Assembly: GCA_964434945.1 (NCBI GenBank)
Contig: CAYSWZ010000037.1
Coordinates: 13,049-77,048, forward strand
Direction: 5' to 3'
Length of the DNA stretch: 64,000 nt
From: an uncultured bacterium
GTDB taxonomy: Bacteria; Eisenbacteria; RBG-16-71-46
Under the pieces are notes generated by a model, which saw nothing but the letters and a program-made list of their open reading frames with translations, did no database searches and was not told the DNA's origin. Positions 46,205 to 58,044 of this stretch are shown piece after piece. A program made the translations under genes and the position numbers. Each line of letters starts with the position of its first letter. The first letter of the stretch is position 1.

Positions 46205-46250
46205 TCGGGCGAAGGCTCGGGCGATGGTTCGGGCGATGGTTCGGGCGAAC
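46205..46250. repeat. Four TCGGGCGA units on a 12-nt period in the pgl/gnd divergent gap
   Basis: TCGGGCGA at 46205, 46217, 46229 and 46241. The middle two units are identical (TCGGGCGATGGT). Confidence 0.7.
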
Positions 46251-46279
46251 GAGGCGGCGGCGGCGGCGAAGGAGGCTTC

Positions 46280-47296
46280 GTGGAACTGGGCATGATCGGT
46301 CTCGGCCGCATGGGTGCGAACATGGTCCGCCGCGTCATGCGCGCGGGGGTGCGCGGAGTGGTGCACGACCGCGCGCGCGACGCGGTCGCGACACTCGCGC
46401 GCGAGGGCGCGACCGGCGCGGGATCGCTCCGCGAGCTGGTCGCCGCGCTCGCCGCCCCCCGGCACGTGTGGCTCATGGTCCCCGCCGGGGTCGTGGACGC
46501 GACCATCGACGAGCTGGCCCCGCTCCTCGCGCCCGGGGACGCGATCATCGACGGCGGGAACTCGCTCTTCCAGGACGACCTGGCGCGCGCGGCGCGCCTC
46601 GCGAAGCGCGGCGTGCGCTACCTCGACTGCGGCGTGAGCGGCGGCGTGTTCGGGCTCGAGCGCGGCTACTGCCTCATGATCGGTGGCGAGGCCGAAGTGG
46701 TCGCGCGGCTCCGGCCGGTGTTCGAGGCGCTCGCGCCCGGCGAGGGCGCGGTGCCGGCGACCCCGGGGCGAAAGCCGGGCCCGTCCACGGCGACGCACGG
46801 CTGGCTCCACTGCGGGCCGCACGGCGCGGGCCACTTCGTGAAGATGGTCCACAACGCCATCGAGTACGGGATCATGGCCGCGTACGCCGAGGGATTCAAC
46901 CTGCTGCAGCACGCGGGCGCCGGCCGGCAGCAGCGCGAGACGGACGCCGAAACCACGCCGCTCCGGAACCCCGAGTACTACCGGTACGATTTCCCGCTCG
47001 CGGACATCGCCGAGCTGTGGCGGCGCGGGAGCGTCATCCCGAGCTGGCTCCTCGACCTCACCGCCCAGGCGCTCGCGAGCGACGAGAAGCTCGCCGGGTT
47101 CTCCGGCCGCGTCTCGGACTCGGGCGAAGGACGCTGGTCGCTCGCGGCTGCGAACGATCTCGGCGTGCCGGTCTACGTGCTCGCGGCGTCTCTGTTCGAG
47201 CGTTTCGCCTCGCGGGGCGAGAACCTGTTCCAGGACCAGCTGCTGTCGGCGCTGCGACTGCAGTTCGGAGGACACGCGGAGAAGCCCCACGCATGA
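46280..47296 (+). CDS. gnd: Decarboxylating 6-phosphogluconate dehydrogenase (short type)
   Basis: [49 protein letters not shown]. Confidence 0.92.
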   Translation: MELGMIGLGRMGANMVRRVMRAGVRGVVHDRARDAVATLAREGATGAGSLRELVAALAAPRHVWLMVPAGVVDATIDELAPLLAPGDAIIDGGNSLFQDDLARAARLAKRGVRYLDCGVSGGVFGLERGYCLMIGGEAEVVARLRPVFEALAPGEGAVPATPGRKPGPSTATHGWLHCGPHGAGHFVKMVHNAIEYGIMAAYAEGFNLLQHAGAGRQQRETDAETTPLRNPEYYRYDFPLADIAELWRRGSVIPSWLLDLTAQALASDEKLAGFSGRVSDSGEGRWSLAAANDLGVPVYVLAASLFERFASRGENLFQDQLLSALRLQFGGHAEKPHA

Positions 47297-48669
47297 GTCG
47301 CGACCGCTCCGACGCGCTGGTGTTCTTCGGCATCACCGGTGACCTCGCCTACAAGAAGATCTTTCCCGCGCTGCACGCGATGGCGCGCCGCGGCATGCTG
47401 GACCTGCCGGTCGTGGGCGTGGCGTCCAGCCCCCTCACGCAGGAGGGGCTGATCGCCCGCGCGCACGCCAGCGTCATGGAGTACGGCGGCGGCGTGGACG
47501 AGCCGGCGTTCGCCTCGCTGGCTGCGGCGCTCCGCTACGTCCAGGGGAACTATCGCGAGGCGAACACCTACTCGGCGCTGCGCGAGGCGATCGGCGGCGC
47601 CCGCTATCCGCTCCACTATCTCGCCATCCCGCCTTCGCTGTTCGCGACCGTGGTCGAGGGGCTGGCCTCCGCGGACTGCACCCGGAACGCGCGGGTCGTG
47701 CTCGAGAAGCCGTTCGGTCGCGACCTCGAGTCCGCGCGCGCGCTCAACGCGACGCTGCACCAGCGCTTCGACGAGAAGTCGATCTTCCGGATCGATCACT
47801 ACCTCGGTAAGGAGGCGGTGCAGAACATCCTCTACTTTCGTTTCGCGAACGCGTTCCTGGAGCCGGTCTGGAACCGGAATTTCGTGGACAGCGTGCAGAT
47901 CACCATGGCCGAGCAGTTCGGCGTCGAGGGGCGCGGCAAGTTCTACGAGGAGACCGGCGTGATCCGCGACGTCATCCAGAATCACCTGTTGCAGGTCGTG
48001 GGCTTCCTCGCCATGGAGCCGCCGTCCGGCGCCTATGCCGAGGCGATCCGCGACGAGCAGGCGAAGGTGCTGCGCAGCATCGACCCCATGACGCCCGACC
48101 GGCTGGTGCTCGGGCAGTTCGACGGCTATCGCGCCGAGGAGGGCGTCGCCGGGGACTCGTGCGTGCCGACCTACGCGGCGCTCGAGCTGCGCGTGGAGTC
48201 GTGGCGCTGGGCGGGCGTGCCGTTCTACGTGCGCGCCGGCAAGCGGCTCTCGATCACCGCCACCGAGGTCCGCGTGAAGCTCAAGGCGCCGCCCCAGGTG
48301 GTCTTCCACGACGCGTTGCCGTCGATGGGGAACCACGTGCGGTTCCGGCTCGGGCCCGACGTCGCGATCGCGCTCGGCGCCTCGGCGAAGCGTCCGGGGG
48401 AGGGCATGGTGGGCCAGGCCACGGAACTGTCGGTCGCGCGCATGCACACGAGCGACGAGATGGACGCCTACGAGCGACTGCTCGGCGACGCGATGGATGG
48501 CGACGCGACGCTGTTCGCGCGCCAGGACGCCGTCGAGGCGGCGTGGGGCATCGTCGATCCGATCCTGCACTGTGACACGCAGCCGGAGCCGTACGCGTGC
48601 GGCACGTGGGGGCCGGCCGCCGCCGACCAGCTCACGCGCGCGGCGGGCGGCTGGGCGAATCCCTCATGA
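47293..48669 (+). CDS. zwf: Glucose-6-phosphate dehydrogenase
   Basis: [44 protein letters not shown]. Confidence 0.95.
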   Translation: MSRDRSDALVFFGITGDLAYKKIFPALHAMARRGMLDLPVVGVASSPLTQEGLIARAHASVMEYGGGVDEPAFASLAAALRYVQGNYREANTYSALREAIGGARYPLHYLAIPPSLFATVVEGLASADCTRNARVVLEKPFGRDLESARALNATLHQRFDEKSIFRIDHYLGKEAVQNILYFRFANAFLEPVWNRNFVDSVQITMAEQFGVEGRGKFYEETGVIRDVIQNHLLQVVGFLAMEPPSGAYAEAIRDEQAKVLRSIDPMTPDRLVLGQFDGYRAEEGVAGDSCVPTYAALELRVESWRWAGVPFYVRAGKRLSITATEVRVKLKAPPQVVFHDALPSMGNHVRFRLGPDVAIALGASAKRPGEGMVGQATELSVARMHTSDEMDAYERLLGDAMDGDATLFARQDAVEAAWGIVDPILHCDTQPEPYACGTWGPAAADQLTRAAGGWANPS

Positions 48670-49322
48670 AGGTGCTGGTGGTGGACATCGGCGGCACGCA
48701 CGTCAAGCTGCTCGCCACCGGGCGCCGCGTTCCGGTGAAGGTGGACTCGGGCCCCGACCTGACGCCGCGGCTGATGCTGCAGCGCGTGCGCGAGGCGACC
48801 GCCGGCTGGCGGTACGATGCGGTCACGCTCGGCTATCCGGGACCCGTGGTGCGCGGCCGGCGCCTCGCCAACCCGGTCAATCTCGGGCCCGGCTGGCAGC
48901 GCTTCGACTTCGCACGGGCGTTCGGCTGCCCGGTGCGGATCCTGAACGACGCCGCCATGCAGGCGCTCGGAAGTTACGACGGTGGCCGCATGCTGTTCCT
49001 GGGACTGGGCACGGGCCTCGGCAGCGCGCTCGTGGACGACGGCGTGCTGCTGCCGCTCGAACTCGCCCACCTGCCGTACCGGGAAGGGAAATCGTTCGAG
49101 GACTACCTCGGCGTCCGCGGCCTGGAGCGGCTCGGCCATCCCAAGTGGCAGAGGCACGTCGCGCTCGTCTCGGAGATCCTTCGTCGCGCGCTCGTGGCCG
49201 ACCACGTCGTGCTGGGCGGCGGCAACGTGAAGAAGTTGAAGCGCCTGCCGCCGCACGCCCGGCGCGGCGACAACGTCAACGCGTTCCGCGGCGGATTCCG
49301 CGTCTGGGCCGGGGCGCGCTGA
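48666..49322 (+). CDS. ROK family (polyphosphate) glucokinase-like protein
   Basis: [34 protein letters not shown]. Confidence 0.8.
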   Translation: MKVLVVDIGGTHVKLLATGRRVPVKVDSGPDLTPRLMLQRVREATAGWRYDAVTLGYPGPVVRGRRLANPVNLGPGWQRFDFARAFGCPVRILNDAAMQALGSYDGGRMLFLGLGTGLGSALVDDGVLLPLELAHLPYREGKSFEDYLGVRGLERLGHPKWQRHVALVSEILRRALVADHVVLGGGNVKKLKRLPPHARRGDNVNAFRGGFRVWAGAR

Positions 49323-50311
49323 CGGCCGCCCGGCCGCTCGCCGTCGGCGTGACGGGAGCGAGCGGCTTTCTCGGGCGGGCGCTGTGCGCCGCGCTCCCGG
49401 CGCAGGGCCACCGCGTGGTGCGGTTCGTTCGCGCGCGCGATTCCGCCGGAGCGGGCCCGGCGAGCCCCCCGGCCTCGCCGCCCTCGGAAGCGATCGCGTG
49501 GGACCCCGCGCGCGGCGTGCTCGATCCGGCGCTCCTCGCGGGGCTCGACGCGGTCGTGAACCTGGCGGGCGCCGGGCTCGCCGACCGGCCATGGACGGCC
49601 GGGCGTAAGCGAGAGCTGATCGCAAGCCGCGTTCGCTCCACGGAGTTGTTGGCGACGGCCCTCGCACGCGCGCGCGAATCGGCCGGTCCTGCCCGTGGGC
49701 CGCGTGTCTTCGTCTCCGCATCCGCGGTGGGCTGGTACGGCGACCGCGGCGACGAGTCCTTGAGCGAATCGAGCGCCCCCGGCACCGGGTTCCTCGCCGA
49801 GCTGGCGCGCGACTGGGAGGGCGCGGCCGAGGCCGCGCGCCGGGCCGGCCTGCGCGTCGTCCATCCGCGGACGGGCCTCGTGCTCTCGCCGCGGGCTGGC
49901 GTGCTGGCCCGGCTGGAGACGCCCTTCCGTCTCGGCGCCGGCGGCCCGCTCGGATCCGGCCGGGCGTGGTGGAGCTGGATCACGCTCCGCGACTGGATTC
50001 GAGTCGTCGGATTCGCGCTCGAGCACGACGCGCTCGCGGGCCCGGTGAACGCGGTCTCGCCGCAGCCGGTGCGCCAGCGCGTGATGGCCCGCGCGCTCGG
50101 CCGCGCGCTCGGCCGTCCCGCGGTGCTGCCCGCGCCCGCGTTCGCGCTCCGGGCCGTGCTCGGGCGCGAGCTCGCGGACGAGATGCTGCTCGCGAGCCAG
50201 CGCGTTCTTCCCACGGCATTGCTCGCGGCGGGATTCGTGTTCGACGACCCGGAGCTGGCTCCGGCGCTCGAGCGGATGTATCGAGTCACGCCGGGCGCCG
50301 GGACGCGATGA
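49319..50311 (+). CDS. TIGR01777 family NAD-dependent epimerase-like protein
   Basis: VTGASGFLG, VVNLAG, SASAVGWYG, RTGLVL, GSGRAWWSWI, GPVNAV, SQRVLP. Start inferred at CTG (CTGA overlap). Confidence 0.85.
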   Translation: MTAARPLAVGVTGASGFLGRALCAALPAQGHRVVRFVRARDSAGAGPASPPASPPSEAIAWDPARGVLDPALLAGLDAVVNLAGAGLADRPWTAGRKRELIASRVRSTELLATALARARESAGPARGPRVFVSASAVGWYGDRGDESLSESSAPGTGFLAELARDWEGAAEAARRAGLRVVHPRTGLVLSPRAGVLARLETPFRLGAGGPLGSGRAWWSWITLRDWIRVVGFALEHDALAGPVNAVSPQPVRQRVMARALGRALGRPAVLPAPAFALRAVLGRELADEMLLASQRVLPTALLAAGFVFDDPELAPALERMYRVTPGAGTR

Positions 50312-50380
50312 GGATTCGCTCGGGGCGGCAGTCCAGGTCCGCCTGACGGTCCCGCCGGCCTGGTGCATAGTCGCGGCACC

Positions 50381-51093
<713 letters not shown>

Positions 51094-51094
<1 letters not shown>

Positions 51095-53712
51095 TGAACT
51101 CACTCTGGCTCCTTCGCTGGCTCCTCCTCCGTCGCTGGCGCCGCGAGCGGGGACGGGTGCTGCTCACCGTGCTCGGGGTGGCGCTCGGAGTGTCCGTGTT
51201 CGTGGCGGTGCGGCTCGCCAGCCGTTCCGCCATGGCGTCGTTCTCGGACACCGTGGACGCGGTGAGCGGACGCGCGAACCTGCAAGTCTCGGCCGTGGCG
51301 GACGGGTTCGACGAGCGGCTCTACGCGCGCATCCGGCGCGAGCCGGGCGTCCGGGCGGCGGCGCCGGTCGTGGAGGTGAACACGCTGGCCCGCGCCGGTG
51401 TGCCTCCGGCCGCTGCGGCCGGTCAAGCCGTCGACGTGGGCGCGCGCGCCGGCTACGACGAGACGCTGCTGGTGCTGGGACTGGACCCGTTCGTCGAGGG
51501 GCCGTTCGCACGGATGGCCGAGGTCCCCGACTCGCTCGACGCCAACGCCGCCCTCACGCTGCTCGTCCGCCCGAGGAGCATCGCCATCACGCGCACGCTC
51601 GCCGCGCGTCACCGACTTCAGGTGGGCGACACGCTCACCGTACTCGCCTCGGGTGCGCCGGTGCCGCTCACCGTCGTCGCGCTCCTCGGCAGCGAAGCAT
51701 TGCAGCAGGCCATGGGCGGGAACGTGGTGATCGCCGACATCGCGACGGTGCAGGAGGTGTTCGCGCGTCGCGGCCGGCTCGACCGGGTGGACCTGATCGT
51801 CGCCGCCCGCGAGCGCGAGCGGGTGGCCGCCCGGCTCGCGGCTTGGCTGCCGTCGGACGCACGCCCCGAGCGGCCCCAGGCGCGGACGCGACAGGTCGAG
51901 AACCTGGTGCGGTCGTTCTCGCTCAATCTCCTCGCCCTCTCGTTCATCGCCATCTTCGTGAGCACGTTCCTCATCTTCAATGCCGTCGCGCTGGCGGTGG
52001 TGCGCCAGCGCCGCGACATCGGTGTGCTGCGCGCGCTCGGGCTCACCCGGCGCCAGGTCGTGACGCTGTTCCTCGCGGAGGGCCTCCTGCTGGGTGCGAG
52101 CGGCGGCCTCGCGGGCAGCGCGCTCGGGGCGCTGGCGGCGAACCTGGCGCTCCACCAGGTCGGCCGGACGCTCACCGTCCTCTACCTGGTCGGGCAGGCG
52201 ACGCGGCTCTGGCTCGACCCGGCCACGCTGGCCGCGGGCTTCCTGATCGGCGTGTGCTCGGCCCTCGGCTCGGCGCTCGCGCCGGCCCTCGAAGCGGCCC
52301 GGACGCCACCCGGCGCGACGCTGCGCGAGGGCTCGCGGATCGAGGCCGGGCGCATGCACTACGGCCGGCTGGGCGCCGCGGGCGTGCTCGCGCTGCTGGC
52401 GGCAGGCGGCGTCGCGGCCTGGACCATCGCCGCCCGACAGCCGCTCGGCGGGTTCGGGTCGGCATTCCTGCTGCTCGTGGGGTTCTCGCTCCTGGCGCCG
52501 CTCTGGACGCTCGCGGCCGCGCGCCTCGCCTCGCCGGCCGCGCGCCGATTCGGGATCGCGGCGACGCTCGGCGCACGCGCCGTGCGCGAGACCGCCGCAA
52601 GGGCCAGCGTCGTGATCGCGGCGATCATGGTGGCGGTGGGCATGCTGGTGGCGCTCACGATCATGGTCGGCAGCTTCCGCAACACGGTGGACACGTGGAT
52701 CACGCAGTCGCTGCGGGGCGACCTCTACGTGGAGCCGGTCGGCCACCGCGCGAGCCAGCGCGCCACCTCGCTGCCGCCGGAACTGGTGACGGGTGCACGC
52801 GGCCTCAGCGGCGTCGCCGCCGTGGACACCTACCGGGCCAGCTCGTGCGTGCTCGACGGGCTCCTCGCCAACGTCGTGGGCATCGAGTTCGCGGTGCAAC
52901 GGGCGTACGGTCGGCTCCAATTCGTGGCGGGCGAGGACGCACGCACGGTGCTCGGCCGCGCGCTCGCAGAGCGCGGCGTGATCGTGACCGAGAGCTTCGC
53001 GCACCGCCACCGGACGAGAACCGGCGGGTGGATCGCGCTCCCCACCCCGGCGGGTCCGGTCCGGCTCCGGGTCGAGGGAGTGTTCTACGACTACAGCACG
53101 GACGCCGGCGCGGTTCTCATGGACCGCGCCCTCTACGCCCGGCTCTGGCGCGACGACCGCACCGAGAGCCTCGCGCTCTATCTCCTCCCTGGAGTGCGCA
53201 GCGATTCCGTGCGCGCGGCGTTCGTACGACTGGCCGGGCCCGGACGCCTGCTGCACGTGACGCCCAACCAGGCGCTCCGAAAGCGTGTACTGTCGGTGTT
53301 CGACGAGACGTTCCGGATCACCTGGGCGCTCCAGATCATCGCGGCGGCCGTCTCGGTGCTGGGCGTGATCAGCACGCTCACGACGCTGGTGCTGCAGCGA
53401 CGCCGCGAGCTGGCGGTGCTGCGCGCCGCAGGGGCGCTGCGCGCCCAGGTGCGAACGCTGGTGCTGGTGGAGAGCGGTGTGCTGGGCGCCGCGGGTTCGC
53501 TGCTCGGCTGCCTCGCGGGATTCATCCTGGCGCTGCTGTTGGTGCACGTGATCAACCGTCAGTTCTTCGGGTGGAGCATCCGCATGACCGTGGACCCCTG
53601 GGTGTTCGTGCGCGCGGTGGGACTCATGACGGCCACCGCGACGCTCGCCGGGCTGGCGCCGGCGCGGCTCGCCGCCGGGCGTGCCACCGCCGGCGCGCTG
53701 AGGGTCGAGTGA
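51094..53712 (+). CDS. FtsX-like/MacB-type ABC permease (duplicated)
   Basis: Two periplasmic/FtsX modules (RRDIGVLRALG; RRELAVLRAAG). TGATG overlap with the ATPase gene. Confidence 0.88.
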
Positions 53713-54878
53713 GGGCGCCGCGCGGCTTCTCCGGCGCCCGGCTCCTCGCCGGCGCTTGCCTCGCGTGCGCTGCCGCGGCGCCGGCCGCGCCACCCGCGAG
53801 CTCGTCGCCGGCCGCGCCGCCGGCTCCCGCCGTCCTCACCGACCGCGACGGGTTCCGCCTCGCCGTCGCGTCCTACGAGTTCGTGTTCCCGTTCGACCAT
53901 GCGGCGCACCCGACGTTTCGCACCGAATGGTGGTACTACACCGGTCACCTCGAGGCGGGGACGCGCTCGTTCGGCTACGAGCTCACGTTCTTCCGGGTCG
54001 GCGTGCCGTCCACCGACCCGGCCGACAGCGGCTCGGCGTGGCGCGCCCACCAGCTGCTGTTCCGGCACGTCGCGCTCACCGACGAGCAGGGGAACCACTT
54101 CCTGTTCGACGACCGCGGCGAGCGCGATGCGCTCGACCTCGCCGGCGCGGACAGCACGCGCTACCTGGTCTGGGTCGGCGACGACTATGCCGGGCTCGAG
54201 CCGGATCGCCGGACGCACCGGCTGGTCGCGAAGCCGGAGGCATTCACACTCGACCTCCACCTCACGCCGGAGAAGCCGCCGGTCGTGCACGGTGAGAACG
54301 GCGTGAGCCGGAAGGCCGAGGGACAGGGGAACGCGTCGCACTACTACTCGTTCACGCGGCTCCGCACCCGCGGCCGTCTCCGGCTCGGCCGGGACACGCT
54401 GGCGGTGGACGGGCTGTCGTGGATGGACCACGAGTTCGCGAGCAACCACCTCGGGGACACGCACGCGGGCTGGGACTGGTTCAGCGTCCAGCTCGCGGAC
54501 GGCCGCGATCTCATGCTCTACCGGCTCCGCTTGAAGGACGGCGGGCTCGAGCCGTTCTCCTCCGGCACGCTCGTGGACTCGAGCGGCGGCGCGCGGCACA
54601 TCCGCTACGACGAGTTCGACACCGGTCCGACCGGCGAATGGGTGAGCCCGCACACGGGGGCGCACTATCCGAGCGGCTGGATCGTGCGGCTCCCGGGACT
54701 CGGACTCGAGCTCCACCTCACGCCCAGCGTGCTCGACCAGGAGCTGGTCGCCCGCAGCATGGGCGGGCTCGCGTACTGGGAGGGGAGCGTGCGCGTGACC
54801 GGCACCAGCAAGGGCAGGCCCGTGACCGGGCAGGGCTACGTGGAGTTGACGGGATATGCGGGCAAGTCGCCGTTCTGA
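53709..54878 (+). CDS. Lipocalin-like AttH/carotenoid 1,2-hydratase family protein
   Basis: FPFDHAAHP...EWWYYTG, YELTFFR, YYSFTRL, WMDHEF, WDWFSVQL, YPSGW, YWEG, GYVELTGY. Confidence 0.85.
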   Translation: MRAPRGFSGARLLAGACLACAAAAPAAPPASSSPAAPPAPAVLTDRDGFRLAVASYEFVFPFDHAAHPTFRTEWWYYTGHLEAGTRSFGYELTFFRVGVPSTDPADSGSAWRAHQLLFRHVALTDEQGNHFLFDDRGERDALDLAGADSTRYLVWVGDDYAGLEPDRRTHRLVAKPEAFTLDLHLTPEKPPVVHGENGVSRKAEGQGNASHYYSFTRLRTRGRLRLGRDTLAVDGLSWMDHEFASNHLGDTHAGWDWFSVQLADGRDLMLYRLRLKDGGLEPFSSGTLVDSSGGARHIRYDEFDTGPTGEWVSPHTGAHYPSGWIVRLPGLGLELHLTPSVLDQELVARSMGGLAYWEGSVRVTGTSKGRPVTGQGYVELTGYAGKSPF

Positions 54879-54924
54879 CCGGCCGCGTTGGACGGGCCGC
54901 TCGGGCTTGGCTAGGCTGTCCTCC

Positions 54925-55578
54925 GTGGCCCGCACCCCTCTCGCCTGCGTGATGTTCGTGGCCGCCGCGGTCGCGGCGGGCTGCGGTGGCGCGCCGTCGC
55001 CCGGGGGGGCTCCGCCGCCACGGCAGTCGACGCTCGCGCCCTCGAACGCCGTGTCCTCGGCCAGCGACTCGGTGGGCGCGTTGCCGGGCTCGGCGAACGC
55101 CCTGTTCGTCTACCGGTTCCGCCAGCTCTCGCCGCCGAGCACCGGCACGTTCTCGTACAAGGACCGCGACCTGTCGTTCTCGTTCCGGCCGTCGCCGAAC
55201 GTGCTCTACTTCGGCGTCGAGAACCTGCAGGGCCGGCCGGTGACGATCGATTGGGATCGCTCGGTGTTCTACGATCCGGCCGGCCGCACCAGCAAGGTGG
55301 GGCACACGAGCACGCGCTGGCGCGACCGCTTCTCGACCCAGACGCCCGCGCAGGTGCTGCCGCAGCAGCGATACACCGACTACGTGTTCTCGCTCGACGA
55401 CCTGCTCGACCCGGGCGCGGACGAGGACACGCAGCTGCGCCGCCCGCTGCTGCCGGAGGACACCAGTGCGCCCACCTACACGGGCAAGCAGTTCGGCGTG
55501 GACCTCGTCGTGATGGTCGAGAACCAGCCACGGACGTACACCATCCGGTTCCAGGTCCAGAGCGTGATCCCGCGCTGA
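54925..55578 (+). CDS. Hypothetical lipoprotein
   Basis: Hydrophobic signal ending in lipobox AAGC, beta-rich body, coding-like codon use. Start uncertain. Confidence 0.6.
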   Translation: MARTPLACVMFVAAAVAAGCGGAPSPGGAPPPRQSTLAPSNAVSSASDSVGALPGSANALFVYRFRQLSPPSTGTFSYKDRDLSFSFRPSPNVLYFGVENLQGRPVTIDWDRSVFYDPAGRTSKVGHTSTRWRDRFSTQTPAQVLPQQRYTDYVFSLDDLLDPGADEDTQLRRPLLPEDTSAPTYTGKQFGVDLVVMVENQPRTYTIRFQVQSVIPR

Positions 55579-55595
55579 GCCCGCTGAGCCCCCTG

Positions 55596-57998
55596 ATGGT
55601 CCCGCGGCTCGCGAGCCCTGCCCGGCGTCTCGTCCGGCTCGTCGCGGCCGCGTGCGTCGCGATCGCGGCCGCGGTCCCGCTCGCCGCCGGCGGCGCCGAG
55701 CTGCAACCGCCCCGCTTCACGCGCGAGCAGATGGAGGCCGCGCTCACCGACGCGCCGCCGTTCCGGTTCGTCTATGGCACGCGCGATCCCGCCTCGGCGC
55801 AGATCCTCCGCGCGCGCGCGCTGCTGCTCGCGCAGCGCGCGTTCGGCGCGGACTCGAGCCGCGTCGTGGCGGACCGGAACGTGGACGAAGCCGGGTTCGC
55901 CTCCGGGCCGATGTTCCTGCTCGGAGGTCCCGACGAGAACGAATGGACGCGGCGCCTGGCGGGCGCGCTGCCGGTGCAGTTCGAGCGTCACGCGTTCCGC
56001 TGGCAGGGCCGGCTCTACGACCAGCCGCTCGATGCGCTCCAGCTCGCGTGGCCGAATCCGCTCGCTCCGAACCGCTTCCTGATCCTGTCCGTGGGGAACT
56101 CGCCCGAGGCGACGGCGCGGCGCGGCGGGTTCGCGTTCGGGGACGAGGACTGGCGCATCGTGCGGGCCGGCGAGCTGGTGCGGAGCGGGACGTTCGCCCA
56201 GGACCCGGCGCACCCGTGGCGCTACGACGCCGCGCGCGACCACGATCGCGAGAGCGAACGGGAACGGTACGCGGCGGGCCTCCGCTCGCTCTCCGACCGC
56301 ACGCTGTTGGTGCGCACGCCCGCCGGTCTCGCGACGGCTCCGGGTGTGTTCGCCTCCGCCACCGCACTGCTCGCGAGCATGTCGCGCGACGGGCTCGCGG
56401 CTCCGGCAGGCGCGCCGCCGCTCGTGCTCACGCTCTATCGCTCGCTCGAGCAGAAGGGCGAGCTCACCCGCGACACGCACCCGGAGCACTGGGTCGCCGC
56501 CGGCGCCGCCCCCGCCGCGCACGCGGCGCTCCCGTTCGGGCGCGAGACGCTCGACCTGTGGAGCGTGGCCGCCCTGCGGCTTGTGCAGCTCGGCGGCGTC
56601 GCGCCGTCGCGTTTCCTCGTGCCCGCCGCGGCGGAGTTCGCCGGGCGCTGGCAGGGCGAGCCGCTCGAGCACGCACTGTCCCGCCTCTACTTCGGGGGCG
56701 TGCTCCCCACCGCGTCCGAGGCCGCCACGCGCACGACGGACTGGCGCTCGCCGCTGGTGTGGACGCCGGCGCGGGCGTTGCTCGTGCGCGCCGTCTGGGA
56801 GTGCGCGCCGGCGGCCTCCCGCCGCGCCGCGCTCCTCGCGCTCGTCCGCCGCGACCCGCCCGGCCAGCTCGACAGCCTGTGCCGGCTCGCCGGGCCGCCC
56901 GCTGCGAGCGTCGAGCGGCGGTACCGCGTGCTCGCGGATTCGCTGGCGCGCGCGGGCCGCTCGGGATTCGAGCTGGCGCACCGTGAACCGTGGCGGCCGG
57001 AGCAGGGCTTCCAGCGCGGCGTCTGCCTCGCGCACCGCGTCGGCCTGAGCCGCGGGTATCTCTCGGCGGAGTGCGCGCAGCAGCTGCGGGTGCTGCACGA
57101 CGCCGGCGCCGGCTGGGTGTCGCTCACGCCGTTCGCATGGCTCTCGGACCCGGCGGCGCCGGAGCTCTCCAACAGCAGCGACAGCGGGCCGGATGGCGAG
57201 AGCGACGAGGCGGTGTGCGAGGCGGCCGCGCGCGCGCACGCGCTCGGTCTCCGCGTGTGGCTCAAGCCGCACGTGTGGACGCGCGGCTGGGCTGGCAATC
57301 TCCAGTTCACCCCCGCCGGCTGGCAGCGCTTCTTCGACGGCTACGGCGAGCTGGCGCTCCACTGGGCGCTGCTGGCGGAACGCGAGGGGATCGAGGGGCT
57401 GTTCGTGGGCCACGAGCTCGCGAGCAGCACCGCGCTCGCGCCGGACCGCTGGCGCACGTTGATCGGCGTGATCCGGCGCGTCTACACGGGAACGCTCTCC
57501 TACAGCGCCAACTGGGACGAGGTCGCGCACGTGCCGTTCTGGGACGCGCTCGACCTGATCGGCGTGTCGTTCTACGCGCCGCTCGCCGAGAAGCCTACAC
57601 GCGACCCGGCCACACTCCGCGCGGGCGCGGCGCGCACGCTCTCCGGCCTGCACGCGGTCTCCCGGCGCTTCGGCCGGCCGGTCGTCATCTCCGAGCTGGG
57701 ATACACGCCGAGCCCCGACGCTCCACTTCGACCGTGGGAGGCGGCGCGGGTCGGCGCCGATCCCGACCTGCAGCGCGCCTGCTACGAGGCGGCGCTCGCC
57801 GCGATCGAGCCCTGTGACTGGCTCGCCGGCGCCTACTTCTGGAAGTGGGGCAGCAGCGCCCGGGCGGGCGACGACGCGTTCGATCCGCGCGGCCAGCCCG
57901 CGGAGTCCGTGCTCGTCCAGGCGCTCCGGTCGTGGCAGGGACGGCCGGTGCGCGTGCCCAGGCGCGAAGCGGGCGCCGGGCTCACCGGGGAGCCGTGA
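55596..57998 (+). CDS. Secreted multidomain protein with C-terminal GH113-like (beta-mannanase-type) TIM barrel
   Basis: Signal peptide. C-terminal LKPHVW...W...GHEL...YTGTLSYSANWDE...FWDALDLIGVSFYAPL...ISELGY. N-terminal ~450 aa unassigned. Confidence 0.7.
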   Translation: MVPRLASPARRLVRLVAAACVAIAAAVPLAAGGAELQPPRFTREQMEAALTDAPPFRFVYGTRDPASAQILRARALLLAQRAFGADSSRVVADRNVDEAGFASGPMFLLGGPDENEWTRRLAGALPVQFERHAFRWQGRLYDQPLDALQLAWPNPLAPNRFLILSVGNSPEATARRGGFAFGDEDWRIVRAGELVRSGTFAQDPAHPWRYDAARDHDRESERERYAAGLRSLSDRTLLVRTPAGLATAPGVFASATALLASMSRDGLAAPAGAPPLVLTLYRSLEQKGELTRDTHPEHWVAAGAAPAAHAALPFGRETLDLWSVAALRLVQLGGVAPSRFLVPAAAEFAGRWQGEPLEHALSRLYFGGVLPTASEAATRTTDWRSPLVWTPARALLVRAVWECAPAASRRAALLALVRRDPPGQLDSLCRLAGPPAASVERRYRVLADSLARAGRSGFELAHREPWRPEQGFQRGVCLAHRVGLSRGYLSAECAQQLRVLHDAGAGWVSLTPFAWLSDPAAPELSNSSDSGPDGESDEAVCEAAARAHALGLRVWLKPHVWTRGWAGNLQFTPAGWQRFFDGYGELALHWALLAEREGIEGLFVGHELASSTALAPDRWRTLIGVIRRVYTGTLSYSANWDEVAHVPFWDALDLIGVSFYAPLAEKPTRDPATLRAGAARTLSGLHAVSRRFGRPVVISELGYTPSPDAPLRPWEAARVGADPDLQRACYEAALAAIEPCDWLAGAYFWKWGSSARAGDDAFDPRGQPAESVLVQALRSWQGRPVRVPRREAGAGLTGEP

Positions 57999-58044
57999 GC
58001 CCTCGCCACACCGCCTCCGCCCGCGCCGCAGCGGCGCGGCCCCG

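Noticed and set aside
55574-55596. GCTGAGCCC duplicated, giving three in-frame TGA codons 9 nt apart (recoding or selenocysteine?)
   Set aside because: No continuing ORF or SECIS-like context. Most simply a small local duplication at a gene end.
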